Positions 25,325-39,000 of a stretch of 64,000 bases of DNA are shown piece by piece. Both the position numbers and the translations under genes were made by a program. Each line of letters starts with the position of its first letter. The stretch's first letter is position 1. The stretch is from Azolla caroliniana. Lineage: Eukaryota > Plantae > Polypodiophyta. The DNA lies in assembly GCA_043228905.1 (NCBI GenBank), contig JBHGNT010000007.1:12896001-12960000 (forward strand), written 5' to 3'. The notes under the pieces were generated by a model. It ran no database searches. It was not told where the DNA came from and saw only the letters and a program-made list of their open reading frames with translations.

Positions 25325-27062
25325 CTAGACACTAGCGGACTTCAGCTTACGCTTCGCTGGCATCATGCCAGGACTCCTCGCCGGCGCCTCCCTTCTCTCC
25401 AGTGTCATGTCGGCACACGGGCACGATCGCCGGAGTCTCCGGAATCTGCGTGGAGGGTTCTTCTCCGCTCCCGACCTGGTCCGCAGTCGGCAATTCTCCC
25501 GTGGTACCGTGGTACCGATCTTCGGCCATCTCGTGGGGCAAGACCGTCTCCTCGGTCTCAGCTTGGGGCCTCGATCTTTCCTCTTCCTCGAGCATCGCCT
25601 CGAGAGCTGCGTACGCCTCCGCAATCCTGGCCCCAACACCGACCCTTGCCAGCTCCCTTTGCCGTCTGGCCTCTTCCCGCTATGATGGCACGCCGTCGCG
25701 CGTCTTCCACTTAGCCTTCTCGGCTCGCTCATCGTCTAGCCGTTGGCACACCCTTTCGACCTTTGACCAGTCTTCCGTAAGCCCATTCGCTCCGTCATCG
25801 TCTTTGAGCTCCATCTCGATGGCCTCCCGTTCCGCTCGGTCGATCGACCTGATGAACAATAGGACCTTGTCCGTCCCCACCAAACCTTGTTCCCGCTCCG
25901 GGAGCCGAGCAAGCCGTCGCTCGAACTCTCGGAACGCCTTCGTCGTGCCCCGGTGGGTCTTTGCCGATGCGACCCACTGGTCGAAGTTGTGTCGTCCCCG
26001 GCTCTTCTGCCGTCCTCCGTATGCCTTTAGGAGCGCCTCTTCGAAGGCCTCGCACGAACTATGAGCCTCACGGAGCTCCTTTACTTCCGCATGCATCCGG
26101 ATAGCTACGACTCGATAGAAGAACTCCAACCTCAACGCCTCGTCTACGCCACGCTCCTCCATTTCCGCGTTGTAGGCTTCCAAGTAAGATGGGACTTTGT
26201 CCCCGTTGAAACGGCCGACTCTTTCGACCACTCACTCAACCGCTTGTTGCGCTGCTTCTCGCCTCATCACCACTCGTGCCGACTCCAACACCACTTCGGC
26301 CACCATCACCGCGAGGTCGTCTTCTTCCGACTCCATCCTCCCTTTCTGCCCTTCACGTCGGGTTCACCAAATATGTTGCGTTGCTACGTGCGTGCGTGAC
26401 GAAAGGCGGGACCACATGGGTCTTGGACTAGGGAGTGACGGAGCGTAGGAAGTCGTACTTCACCGTTTCCGGGGCATCCCAGAAGCACACCGGAAGCAAC
26501 CGAAGGGAGAGAGAGAAAGAGAGGGAGCGCGCGCTTGACACCGACTCACGCACACACAGGCCGACACGATTCACGCCCTTATGCACAGGAAACGCAGGAA
26601 AGGGGAACACCAAAACACCCGCACAAACACCGGACCCCAACAGAGACATGAATACGCACAGACAGACACAAATGTATATATATATATGAATGGAAGAATA
26701 CATTCCCGGCTTCGTGCCGGACCAAGGTAGGTTACAACAGTCTTCTACTGTCAAGCCGCCGTCGGGGAGCTCTCGGCTTGTCGCGCCGAGCGGGGTCTTG
26801 CACAGGAGGCCGAGCCGAAGCAAACCCTAAGCAAAACACAAAGGGGGGGGGGAGAAGAAGAAGAAGAAATGTAACTAACCCTAAATCTAACGGTATACCC
26901 TCTAACGCAAAATGGGCAACCCTTTCACAAAGGGCGCTCCCTTCCTTTTATAGAACAAGGAGAGGGATGCGTTACAATGTGGGATAAATCCCGACTTACA
27001 TGGGATCGTCTGTCCTGATTTGACTACTCTTCGGCGCCATAAAGGCACCCTCGTTATTCACA
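25325..27062 (-). mobile_element. Second tRNA-Trp-primed LTR element with gag-like ORF, no pol
   Basis: Minus-strand PBS TGGTGAACCCGACGTGA at 26353-26369; LTR from 26374 (TATAAAAAGG near 26950, right end approximate); ORF 25680-26231 RFNGDKVPSYLEAYNAEM; acidic tail 25347-25595. Confidence 0.75.
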
Positions 27063-28351
27063 CTAAATGTTCAAGGGTGAGCACACATGCTGCACCCCGC
27101 CGATTTAGCCAATGTTTCCCGGTTTCCGCCTCTGGCCGAAATTCTTCACGACAACGGGCATACCCGGGGCGAGTGTCGCCACAAACCTGACCGATGTCAG
27201 CGATGGACCTCCAGTGGTGGATCAACACAACCCGGCTATTACAGTAATATTGCACGGACAGGAAGTTCCTGGATGCGTAATCGATGGCGGCTCAGATGTC
27301 AATGTATTAGCGCGAAAACTTGCGAGCAGTTAGGCATTTCCGAATGGGAGGTGTGTCCATTCTGGCTCCGCATGGCAAATACCCGCTCAGTGCGACCGTT
27401 GGGTTTAGTTCACAATAGGCATCATCGTGGGCGGACACCGCTTCGACATCTCGGCGGTCGTCCTCGCTTTGGACGCCCAGGGGCGTACCCAGTGGTTCTG
27501 GGCAGACCATGGCCTCGGACAACAAATATCAAGCAGAGCTGGCAACATGAGTGTATCAGTTTCCGGCATGAACGCACCAAGGTTCGCGTACCTATGGAAG
27601 GTAACACGCCACAACCTAAGGGTATAACACTGTTATACGCGGAGGATATAAATATGTTGGTTGGGGTGGAGGATGCAGAATTGGAGGCATACCTTGACGA
27701 ACACCCTCGGATTATTCCGTTGTTCGAAATAGATGTCATCGCAACCGCGGCAGAATATGCCACGGCCACTGTTCCCCCTGACGAGCCTTGCGAACCAAAC
27801 CCAGAGTTCATATTGGAACTGGGCAGAGCACGGGCGTCATTCAAAAGGGAAATGGAGATTTCCCGACGAGTCACCGCTTTCGCTCTCGAAGAAGTAAATG
27901 TGGGTACGGAATAGGAGCCCTGGTTCCTCTCCATCGCAAAGGAATTAAGGCCGGACCAGAGAATCACGATGATCGCAATACTCACATAATATAAAGATGT
28001 GTTCGCTTGGGCTCACGAGGACATGAAGGGGTTAGATCCCAAGTTCTATCAGCACAAGATCAATTTAGAAACTGACGCGAAACCCGTCCAGCAGCTCCTG
28101 AAGGCGGGGTTCATACGACTAGTTAAACAAGCGACATGGCTAAGCCCGATAGTGATCGTCCCAAAGAAAAACGGCAAAATACGGGTATGCGTAGATTACT
28201 GAAAATTAAATGTCGTAACCATTACGGACGCATTTCCCTTACCCATCACCGATAGCGTGCTAGACGTTGTCGCAGGCCATGAGATGTACAGTTTCTTAGA
28301 TGGCTTCAGTGGCTATAACCAGGTACGCATGCATCCCGAGGACCAGGAGAA
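27063..28351 (+). pseudogene. Gypsy PR-RT fragment of the same family as 54000-63803
   Basis: CVIDGGSDVNV, CPFWLRMA, WLSPIVIVPKKNGKIRVCVDY, SFLDGFSGYNQVRMHPEDQEK. Confidence 0.85.
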
Positions 28352-31300
28352 GTATTCCCCAAAATATTCTTCTAGAGTTTTTGTAGGGGGAATGTCAAAG
28401 TGTTTCTCCCCAGTCGCAGATAGGTCCAATTTTTTCCGAATGGTGGCATTTGTCATAGTGTCCACATTGAGCTTTTTGGCGATGTCGATAGCATCAGGGT
28501 GTGTTGGTGCCTCGACGATTCTAATGTACCCCTCAAAACCCTTTTCCAAGAGCCACTTGTGTAAACCTGCAGAGATGGGGACCGGCATCGTGGGTGGAAG
28601 AGGCTCATGTAGAATAGGTGAAGCTCTCAAACTATAGTGATCGTGGACTCTGTGGTATGGTGGGGAGCGGGGAGGGCGAGGAGAGTTAGTATGTTTTCTG
28701 TAGTGTGCAGAAAACCTTCTTTTTCCCTCTTTTTGTGTTCTAGGGTTCATTGGCCTATGTGACATCGTGGTGTTGCATGTGCTTGATCTTGAAGTTTGTG
28801 CATGCATAAACACCTTTTAATAGTCGTGACTATCTTCTCTCTTTTTTTTCTTTTTTTTAACGGTAAAGTACAATATTACTCTTACATTTTATTACATGTG
28901 GGTCCTAACTACTGATTAGTGTAGGGACCTCTCTACTGTGTCAGTTATGATGTGGAATGGGTTCGGGGGCGTAGGTCCCAGATAAAGTTTTAATCGGAAC
29001 CCATTTACTTTTTGCCGAAGTACAACTCGAACGAGGGTACCCAATTGGAAGGTGCCATTTTCCGCTCCAACTATCCAATACAACCCTGTCCAACGGAACT
29101 GTAACTTAGCTGTCATTTGACCCTTGCGTGTTTGAAAGACCAATATGGCCTTCCCAACTACAAAGCATTTCTCCCGTGTGCTCTGATGTCAATCCACGAA
29201 TGCTTTACGTCGTCGCTGCTCTTGCTCGAGTATGGCCATACTATGGACTTGAGCCTCGCCTAATTCCATAAGTTGTTGTAGTCGTATTTGCTCAGACTTG
29301 CCTTTTGACAGTCAATCTCGTACTTGAATTCTCAAACTGGGCACCTGGAATTCGATGGGCATTACAACTTCTAACCCAAACGCTAGGCGGAAAGGTGTGG
29401 ACTGTATGCTAGTTTTGTAACTCGTCTGATATGCCCACAAGGCGCTCTGCAGCTTGGTATCCAAATCAGTTCTTTTCTCATTCACGATCTTTTTCATTAT
29501 GGTTTGTAAGGTCTTGTTCGTGGACTCCGCTAACCCATTCGCCTACGGGTAATATGACATGCTCTTCTTATGCACTACGGCGTAATGGTGCGTTAGCTTG
29601 TAGATGACCGAATTCAGAAAATGGCTCCCTTTATCATTGATGAGGTCGATTGGGCAACCAAAACAACACCAAATGTATTCGTAAAGAAATTTTGCCGTGA
29701 ATGCCACTGGAATTACCCGTAACGCTTTTGCTTCTACCCAGTTAGTGCAGTAATCCCTGGCTACAAGAATGTACTTAGTGCCGGTCCACGCCACTACCGA
29801 CATAAAGGGACCAACAAAATCCAAACCCCATTTCTGGAATGGATCAGCGGAAGAACCGGTTGATGCAGCATCCGTGCGAGCTTCGTAGGTTGCCCCAACC
29901 ATCGACATAGATCACACTAACTATAGTATTGATACACGTCTTTTTGCATAGTTGGCCACCATAGACCTGCTTGCCATATTTTTCGGGCCGTAACATCGCC
30001 TGTGTAATGTCCCTTGGCCGTACCGCAATAAGCTTCCCGCATAACGGCTTCCTTTTTGTCCTAGCGTATCTCACGTCGCCAGATCCTATCGCTACCCTTG
30101 TGGTAAAGTACTCCTTTGACCAGGAAAAAGTTACGACTGCGGACAACCATGCGTTTCTTTTCATCCGTCCTTAGCTGCGGAGGTGGTAGTCCTGTGGTCA
30201 GAAACTATGTCATTTCCACCAGCCAATGATTCGGAAAATTCATTTCTGCCTGTGATGCCATAGTTGCGATCCTTACAATGTTAGTGTCAGGAAAGTCGTC
30301 ATCGTCCCTCACCGCATTATCGCCATTATCCACTCTGCTTAAGAAATCAGCTACGGCATGCTTCGTGCTCGGTCGATGCTAAGTTGCAAAATCGAACACC
30401 TGGAGCAGCAACATCCATCTGGCCAGCTTCCCTGTCAGTGCATGTTTCTCAACTAGATACAGTAACATTGCGTGATATACGTGAAACATAAATTTGCGCC
30501 CTAACAGATAATGCTAGAATTTGTTGATGCTATATATCATCCCCAAGGCTTCACGCTCGGTTGTGGATTAGTTCCTCTCAGAAGTTGATAGATTATGCCT
30601 GGCTTAATAGACCGGTCTGTACCAACTTGGCTCTGTGAGTTGCATTAATGCGCTGCCTATTTCTATATCTGAGGCATCCACAATCTGGTGGTTGTATGAC
30701 CGGTGCTTGGGTGAACATTATCTTGAGTGCGTCGTAATCTTTCTCCTCTATTGTCGTCCACTTGAAGGGCATTCCATGTACGACGGCATGTAATGGGGTC
30801 GCAAAATCCGTCAAGTATCGTAACATGCAGCTATGCCAACGTATTTGACCCAGGAAGGCGTTGAGGGCTTTGGCATTAGTCGGAGTCTTTGCTTCAATAA
30901 GCGTCGTGATTTTGCTCAGATCCACCGCTATCCCTTCCTTGCTTACGATGTGTCCGAGAAGTGCCCCACTGGTGACGTCGAATGCACATTTGGCCAGATT
31001 AAGGCTAAGGCGTGACGTACGACAACGTTCCAAACAAACTCGGAGATGGCCCAAATGTTCGCCTCATGTTCCATATACTGCGAAATCGTTGAGAAAGACT
31101 TGCATAAAGGCGGGTATGTACTCCCCAAAAATCTCCGTAATTGTTGATTGGAACATGGCAGGCACTGTCTTTAGCCCAAACATCATGACCACAAAGACGA
31201 AAACATCCCACTCCGTGACGAACGCAATCTTCTCCTAGTCGTCATGGTGCATGCCTACCTGATTGTATCCGCTAAAACCATCTAGAAAACTATACGTGTC

Positions 31301-34300
31301 ATGGCCCACGACTAGATCTAATATGTTATCGGTGAAGGGTAAGGGGAACACATCCATTATCGTTACGACATTAAGCTTACGATAATCCACGCAAACATGG
31401 ACTTTACCATTTTTCTTTGGTACCACGACTATCGGGGTCAGCCACGTGGCCTACTTCACTGGCCGTATAAACCCTGCTTTTAGAAGTTTGTCAATCTCTT
31501 CTTTTATGCGAACCGCGTAATTCGGGTTCATCCGATAGCGACGCTGCTGCACCAGTTTCGCGTTGGTGGACAAGTTGATCTTGTGCTGATAGAATTTTGT
31601 ATCCAACCCTTGCATGTCCTCATGTGACCATGCGAAAACATCCTTATATTCCTTGAGTAGCTCGATCATTGTCGTCTTCTCTCTTGGCAATTGACAGTAG
31701 TCGAGGTTCCACCGTGGTTCTGATATTGTCTTCTTCTAATGCCGAAGCGGTGACTCGCCGCGAAATTTTCATTTCTCTCTCAAACGTTGTGTGTGTGCTA
31801 CTTAACTCCATTAGAGACTTTGGGTTTGGTTCGTATTCAGCTTCCTATAGCGTATTAGGTGGGGCGTATTCCGTAGCGGTTTCTATTACGTCAATTTCAA
31901 ATAATGGAACGATCCACGGGTGATCCTCCAGGTATGCCCAAGCTCTGTATCATCTACTCCTTCCAGCATATTTATATCTTCCGCATATAATGGCGTTATG
32001 CCCTTGGTTGGTGCCGCCGTTTCCTGAATGGGCATGCGAACTTGGCTTCGGCCTCGCCGGAGGCTGATACAATTATGCTGCCAATTCTTTTTGATGTTGT
32101 CTGAGCGTAGCCAAGGTCTGTGGAGCAATATTATGTATGCTCCCGGAGTGTTTAGGGCAAGCACTACCGTAGAGATGTCGAAGCGATGGCCGCCAACGAG
32201 AAGGCCTAGTTTCCGGATTAACCCTAGGGGTCTAACAGAGTAGGTGTCTGCCATGCGGAGTTAGAAAGGGCATGCTTCCCAACTTGTTATTCTGAGTCGT
32301 GCGCATGTATTCGTACTGATGACATTAACACCGGATCCCCTATCAATGATACATCCCGAGATTTCCTGTCTTTGTAGTACCAACTTAATGGCTGGATTGT
32401 GATGATCTATAACTGTTGGGCCAATACTAGACTCCGCAAAATTCGTTGAGACATCTAATCCGGCGGTGCCCCTTATGTGATTTTCTATGATCTACCGGAA
32501 TCGTGGTACCAGTCGGAGAAGCTTTTCCATGGTCATTGTTTCTCAAAGTACCCCAATGCTTGCCATATGGGATCTAGTAAGGATGTATTTTCTTGCATTG
32601 GCAAACTGCCATTTGCGGACTTGTGCTTCATACGCTTCGTGTTTACCGCATTTGCTTTTTCTACCCAGGCTTGGGCTGCCTTGCGTATCTCAGCTTGTTT
32701 TGCCCAATGCGCATTCTTCGCCTATTGCGATGTCATGACTTGCTGGATTTCTGCCGTGATGGTATTTACAGCTGCCTCCTTTCCTTTTCGACATGGGCAC
32801 TACGTCGCCTAATGACCGGGTAGTTGACACATGAAATAGAGTATGCTGACTCGCCTCTTTCCACTTCCAGAGGTGTATTAGTTTCCGTTGGTACTGCTTG
32901 TTCATCCCGGTTATGCTGGAGTCGCCTATTATTCTGGGGTTATTGACGGTATTCTTATAGTGGCTCTTGACGACGGTTGTCCTCTGAACTTTCGACATAA
33001 CGACGTTGGGCCTTATGCTGTCAATTGTGTCTGTTTGGACAACCCCCGTTGAATCTTCAGCGATTGCTTGTAGATCGTCCCGATTGTAATGGTTGGTACT
33101 CCAATATTGTTCCTCTTCCTGATTTTCTTCATTGGAGTACAGGTCGGTGTTACTACTTTTACAATACTGGCACTCCATTCACTGATTCTGGTCTGTATAC
33201 CGCGGACGTTCCTCCTACCATCCTGAATCGTTCCTTTGAGATTGTTGTTGTGGCTCCATACGTCGTACTATGGGTGTGGGCATGTTGACCATATTATACT
33301 CACATTGATCCACCGTGTGTGCCCGTGAATGGCAAATTGGGCAATGTATTCACATGTTACATTTGACCGCGAAATGTCCAAAGTTTAAACAGACCGTACA
33401 CTGAATGGCCTAGTGAAATCGATGTTCCTCGTCCTAAGGCAATGCTTGTCGTAGCGATGCCATGGATAGTCCCTCATCTTCTTCCTTTAATTTGAGCTGT
33501 AATGCTCGCTCGATGACCATGTCGGTTGTCTCCCCTTTCACACTATGCGTGTTCAGGGTCATTTCGAGAGGCCGTCTTAGAGCTGCCAAAAACGTTTCCT
33601 TGGCCTCTTCGTCTACCGAGGCCCGTGTAAGGTTCCATTGTAGACTCTGGAAACGTAGATTGAAATCCGCTATGGATTCTGTGGGAAGTTGCTTGATGGT
33701 ATAGAACTGCCTGATTATTTCACGTTGTGGCACCCTCCGATGAAAAAAACGCAAGAACACTGATTGTAGCTGGTCGAAGGTTGTGATTGCTACCAAATTC
33801 ATGTGGGAATGCCAGCACACAGCCTGACCATCCAAATTTAATACGAACTCGGCGATCTTTGAAGTGTGAGTTTCCGCGTCTGGAAACCGTTGCACTAGAT
33901 GATTAGTATTCTAAACATTGAGGAATAGCCGGATGTGGCTAGTAGCGTCTGTTTCTCCGTTGAATCGGGGGTATGAGAAAGCCATTCCGAACGCTGTGGT
34001 GACGATCGGCAGGGGAAGACTCCTGTTATCATGATGTGGACTATTGTGGAGTTTAATCGCACTACGTTGGTTGTGTGGCGACAAGGCTTCATGGTCGACG
34101 TCGCGTTGTTCTATGAGTGTGGATTCTACTGTGTACTCCTTAAAGGAGCAATCATGGTCCCTGAGGCGAGGTTTTCGCTTAGTGTGCTCTTCTGTCTGGC
34201 GAGTGATAAACCTCGTCGGTGGTCAATCTTGTCGGATCGGTTCTCTAGCTCGTGTACACCTAGTCATCCATACCTTGCTGCTCGTTTATGCTGAACCACA

Positions 34301-34776
34301 AATCCACCGGGCCTGCCAAAAGTGTTACCGATTAGGAACACTGTGTACTCTTAGTCCTTCGAGGTAAACTTCAAGGTGATTGCAGTGCAAGGAATAGATC
34401 TGTAGGTGCGTGAAGCATAACAGGCTTACAAAGCAAAGCTTATCATCTGGACGTGAAGGGAGACGACTACAACCGAAGCTCACCAGTGCGTGATCTCATA
34501 TACACACTTACCCTATGCTTACTAGCCCACAGTTACCAACAGCATAGTACACCGAATCAGTAGATGACTTACACAGACACAGGAATCAAAGAAGATAGTA
34601 TTGTATTACAGAAGGTAGCTCCAAAAATACACACTCCCCTTTACAGAGGATTTCTGCCCTTTATATACACAGGGCTTTTAGTTCGTTATGCTCCTAGCGT
34701 GAACCGTTACATGTGTTTCTTTAACATTTCTAATAATATATTCTACTCGTCTAAGCATTAGGTCCAACGGACAACA
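28352..34776 (-). mobile_element. Degenerate, 3'-truncated sibling of the 54000-63803 Gypsy (LTR, gag, pol, start of extra ORF)
   Basis: LTR about 34323-34776; minus-strand PBS TGGCAGGCCCGGTGG at 34304-34318; gag 33434-33895; PR about 32350-31900; RT 31690-30600; INT 29908-28916; extra-ORF N-terminus about 28590-28352. Confidence 0.9.
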
Positions 34777-35895
34777 CAGGCGGACAACACTAGATGGACA
34801 TGAAGAATGTGTTTCTTCAAGGTGACCTTAAAGAACGGGTTTTCAGTCGGAGATGAACAAGTCGACGGTGTGCCGGCTTAAGAAGTCGCTTTATGGTCTT
34901 AAACAAGCCCCTTGAGCTTGGAATGCGAAGAGCACGCACCGGTTGTGTAAGATGGGGTTTGTGACCTCTAAATCCGACTCATTGTTGTTCATCCGGCAAG
35001 GTCCGGACGGTTCGGTTTGCATCTTACTCTATGTAGATGATTTAGTCATCACTGGACCTGGACTCAATGAAATCGGACATGTCAAGGCCCAACTATCGGA
35101 CGTATCTAAGATGAAGAACCTCGGGGACCTTCATTATTTTCTTGGGATCGAGGTGATCCAAACCCCCGATGGCATATTTCTATCACAAAGACACTATGTG
35201 CTAAATATGTTGTACAAGCTCGGCATGACGGAATGCCGACCGATCTCCACACCTCTGGACCGACCTACGATGAGACACGGTTCTGACAATTAGTCGGAAA
35301 CTTGATATAGTTGACAATCACCCGACCCGACATCAGTTATCCGGTCAGTGTGATTAGCCAATTCATGTAGAAGCCAATGATGGAGCAACTTCAGTGCGCG
35401 CATCGAATATTGCGGTATGTGAGTGGCACGAAGGACCGGGGGCTGTTATACCGGCATGGTATAACTGAAGAGCTAGTTGGATACACAGATGCCGACTGGG
35501 CTGGTGATGCATCGAATCGCCGATGCACCTCCGGGTACATGTTTTCCCTTGGTAATGCAACTTTTGCATGGAGTAGCAAAAAGCAACCAACAGTGGCTTT
35601 GTCGAGCACTGAGGCTAAATACCGGGGTGCTACCAATGCCACCTGTGAAGCCATCTGGCTTCGGCGACTGCTACAAGATTTCCGGATCAAGGTGCCAACC
35701 CCGATCCTAATCAACTGCGACAACATAAGCAACATACAACTCACCAAGAACCCCATATTCCATGCTCGAACAAAGCACATAGAAGTGCATTGTCACTTCT
35801 TGCATGAGCGGGTCTTGAGCGGTGAAGTCGAACTTCGGTATGTTCAGACGGATTAGTAGGTTGCCAACATCTTCACCAAACCGCTCGTATCAGAC
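34777..35895 (+). pseudogene. Host Copia (H) RT-RNase H, left part
   Basis: MDMKNVFLQGDL, LLYVDDLVITG, GYTDADWAG, SSTEAKY, HARTKHIEV, IFTKPL. Confidence 0.9.
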
Positions 35896-35982
35896 TGTTG
35901 GGGACAAGGCCGTCAATGCGGAAGTGCAAGCAACATTCGTGATGAAGAAGAACCTGTGTATGTGCATAAGCAAGATAGACAC

Positions 35983-36034
<52 letters not shown>

Positions 36035-39000
36035 GCACAAACAAAACGTTTTCTTCCAATAGCAATAGTTACAAAGAATGTCAACCTACCTTAACTAAAG
36101 GTTACAAAGTCACTTTATATAGTGACTATCCTAGGGCAACTGCCCTTTATGCTATTTACAGAAATAGCCCAAGCTTGGGCTGTCCAAAGGGACAGTGTGA
36201 ATACAGCCATTATACACTCGTATTCGACACTCCCCCGTAATGGGCGTATACATGGGTTATACTAAAGTTACAGGTATGTACAAGGTTGTCGGACAGATCG
36301 GTTTTGTTCGAGTCGGCAAGATCTGAAGACTGAAGACCGAACTGGTCGGGTCGGAAGAGCTGAAGCCGATCCTCAGAGAACCGATGTCGGTGGTCCGAAA
36401 CCATCCTGTGTTGTGTGTTCGATTTTAACTATACCAATTTTTCGTTATGCCCATTTGGTGCCAAAGGGACCGGAAACGATCCGCCGAAAGACACTTCATC
36501 ATTCCATCTACGACATTATCGGTTGTGGATATTTTCTTACGACCGATTTTCCCTGAAATGACACAGTCCGGAACGAAGTGATATCGAACGTCGATATGCT
36601 TGGAGGCGTTGTGGTGAACCGGATTCTTTGACAAAGCAACAACACCTTGACTGTCGCTATAGACAACTGGAGCCGAGGTGAGGTAAACCTGTCGAAACAT
36701 GTGCGCTAGCTGACCGAGCCATAAAGTTTCTTTTGCCGCATCGGACGTAGCTACATATTCCGCTTTGGTCGTTGAGGTGACTATGCACTCCTGAAGTTTC
36801 GACTTCCACGAGATTGCTCCATTGCCGAATTTAAAATAGTATCCGGTTGTTGATTTCCGACTGTCCACACATCCGGCGAAGTTTCGACTACGCTTGAGGC
36901 TGAGTTCGGGCCAAAAAGAATGTCGTGGTCTTTTGTGCCAACTAGATATCTGAACACATACTTGACTGCGTTCCAGTGTGACCAGCCTAGGTTGTGCATG
37001 AATCTGCTGACGACTCCTACGGCGTGAGAGATATCAAGCCGTGTCGCGACCATCGCGTACATAAGGTAGCTGACTGTCGGTGCATATGGTACTGACTTCA
37101 TATCTTCCCCCTCCGGACCGGATGCCGAGCAGTCTCGTTGAGACTGCCGAGGGTTAATGGGGAGCGGGGTCAAAGCAAACTTGGCTGACTGCATGTTGAA
37201 GCGTTCCAAGACACGTCCAATGTAGTCGTTTTGAGACAAGAAAAGTTGTCGTGTATCGCGATGCCGACTAATCTTCATACCAAGTGTGTGTCTTGTCGGA
37301 CCGAGGTCCTTCATGGCAAACTTCAACCACAGTTTCCAAACGAGTTCGGTGAGCTCTCCAGCATGTCGGCCGGAGAGTAGCATGTCGTCCACGTAAATGA
37401 TGAGGAAGACGGGAGACCCGTCTTGAGTTGTTTTGGTGAAGAGACAGTGGTCCTCATCGCTCTTTGAGAAGCTGACCGACTGGATGAAGTCGCCGAACTT
37501 CTTGTACCACTGTCGGGCTGCCTATTTCAGGCTGTATAAACTCTTCCTGAGTCAGCAGACTAGATGTTCCTGGTCGGATGCCACGAAGTCTTTCTGCTGC
37601 TCCATATAGATTTCCTCCTGTAGTTCACCGTGGAGGAATGTCGTTTTTACATCTAGCTGAATCAGCTCCAAGTTGTCGGCGGCCACAACGTCGAGCATGA
37701 AACAAAGGGTCATCATTTTCACCACTGGTGAAAAGATTTTGTCAAAGTCGACGCCATATTCTTGTCTGAACCCCTTCGCAACTAATCCGGCCTTGTACTT
37801 TGGGTTGGTCGAGTTAGACGTCTCTTTTAGTCGATAGACCCACTTACACGGAAGAGCACGTCGATTCTCCGATAATTCAACCAAGTCCCAAGTCTTGTTT
37901 GCGCGAATGGAGTGCATCTCTGACTCCATTGCCAGATGCCATGTGGCTGAATCGGTAGATGCCGATGCTTCTTCGTAAGACGTCGGTTTGCCGGCCTCGG
38001 TAAAGAAAATTCCGGGAGAGTACCTCTCCGGAGGTTGCAACAGTCTCTCGGATCTGCGAGGTATGACTGGACTAGTTACACTGGGTGTCGATGTCGGATG
38101 GTCAGGAGCCGAGCCATTCAGCTGTGCCGAATCGGTGGATTCAGTGCGAGGGTTGTCGGTTGCCCGTGAAACCGATCTCGTGGTGTGGGTTGGGCCTTCA
38201 TGAAGGGTTGGCACTTCGGAAAATATTACCCTTCGGACTTCAATAGGCCTTTCGGCCGTTTTGTGCATAACCGACTCATTGAACACGACATCCAAACTTC
38301 GGACGATTTGTTTGTGCTTGGGGTCCCAGAGTCGGTATCCGATCTCGCCGTCGGGTCCATATCCAAGGAAAACACATTTCCTTGATCTTGGTTCGAGTTT
38401 CCGGCAGTTGTCTTTCGGTATGAGGGCGTATGCCTCGCAACTGAAGATCCTCACCTTGTCATAATTCGGCTTACTACCGGTCCATATTTCCTGAGGTATT
38501 TGAAGTCCTAGTGGTCTACTTGGCGACATATTTATTATGTGTACTGCCGTAAGTAGAGCCTCCGCCCAAAAGCCATCCAACAGTCCAGAGTTTTGGAGCA
38601 TGGATACTATGCGTTCTTGAATTGCTTGATTCATGCGTTCAGCAATTCCGTTCTGCTCTGGACTATAGGGTGTTGTATATTCACGTTGAATGCTGCATTC
38701 CCGGCAAAATTGGACAAATTCTTGAGACTTGAACTCTCGTATGTTTTTAGTTCGGAGATATTTCAGTTTCCAACTAGTCTGATTTTCAACCATTGCAAGC
38801 CATTCGGAGAAGATTGAGAACACCCGATCTTTGGTTCTAATGGGGTAAGCCCACACCTTCCGAGTCGAGTCGTCAATAAAACTGACGAAGTAGGAAGCAC
38901 CGCCGAGAGACTGATGTGGCATCAGGCCACAGACATCCGAGTAGAACAAATCAAGGGGACTCGATTCTCTTGGTGCTGATGTCGGGTGTGATGCGGCTAC

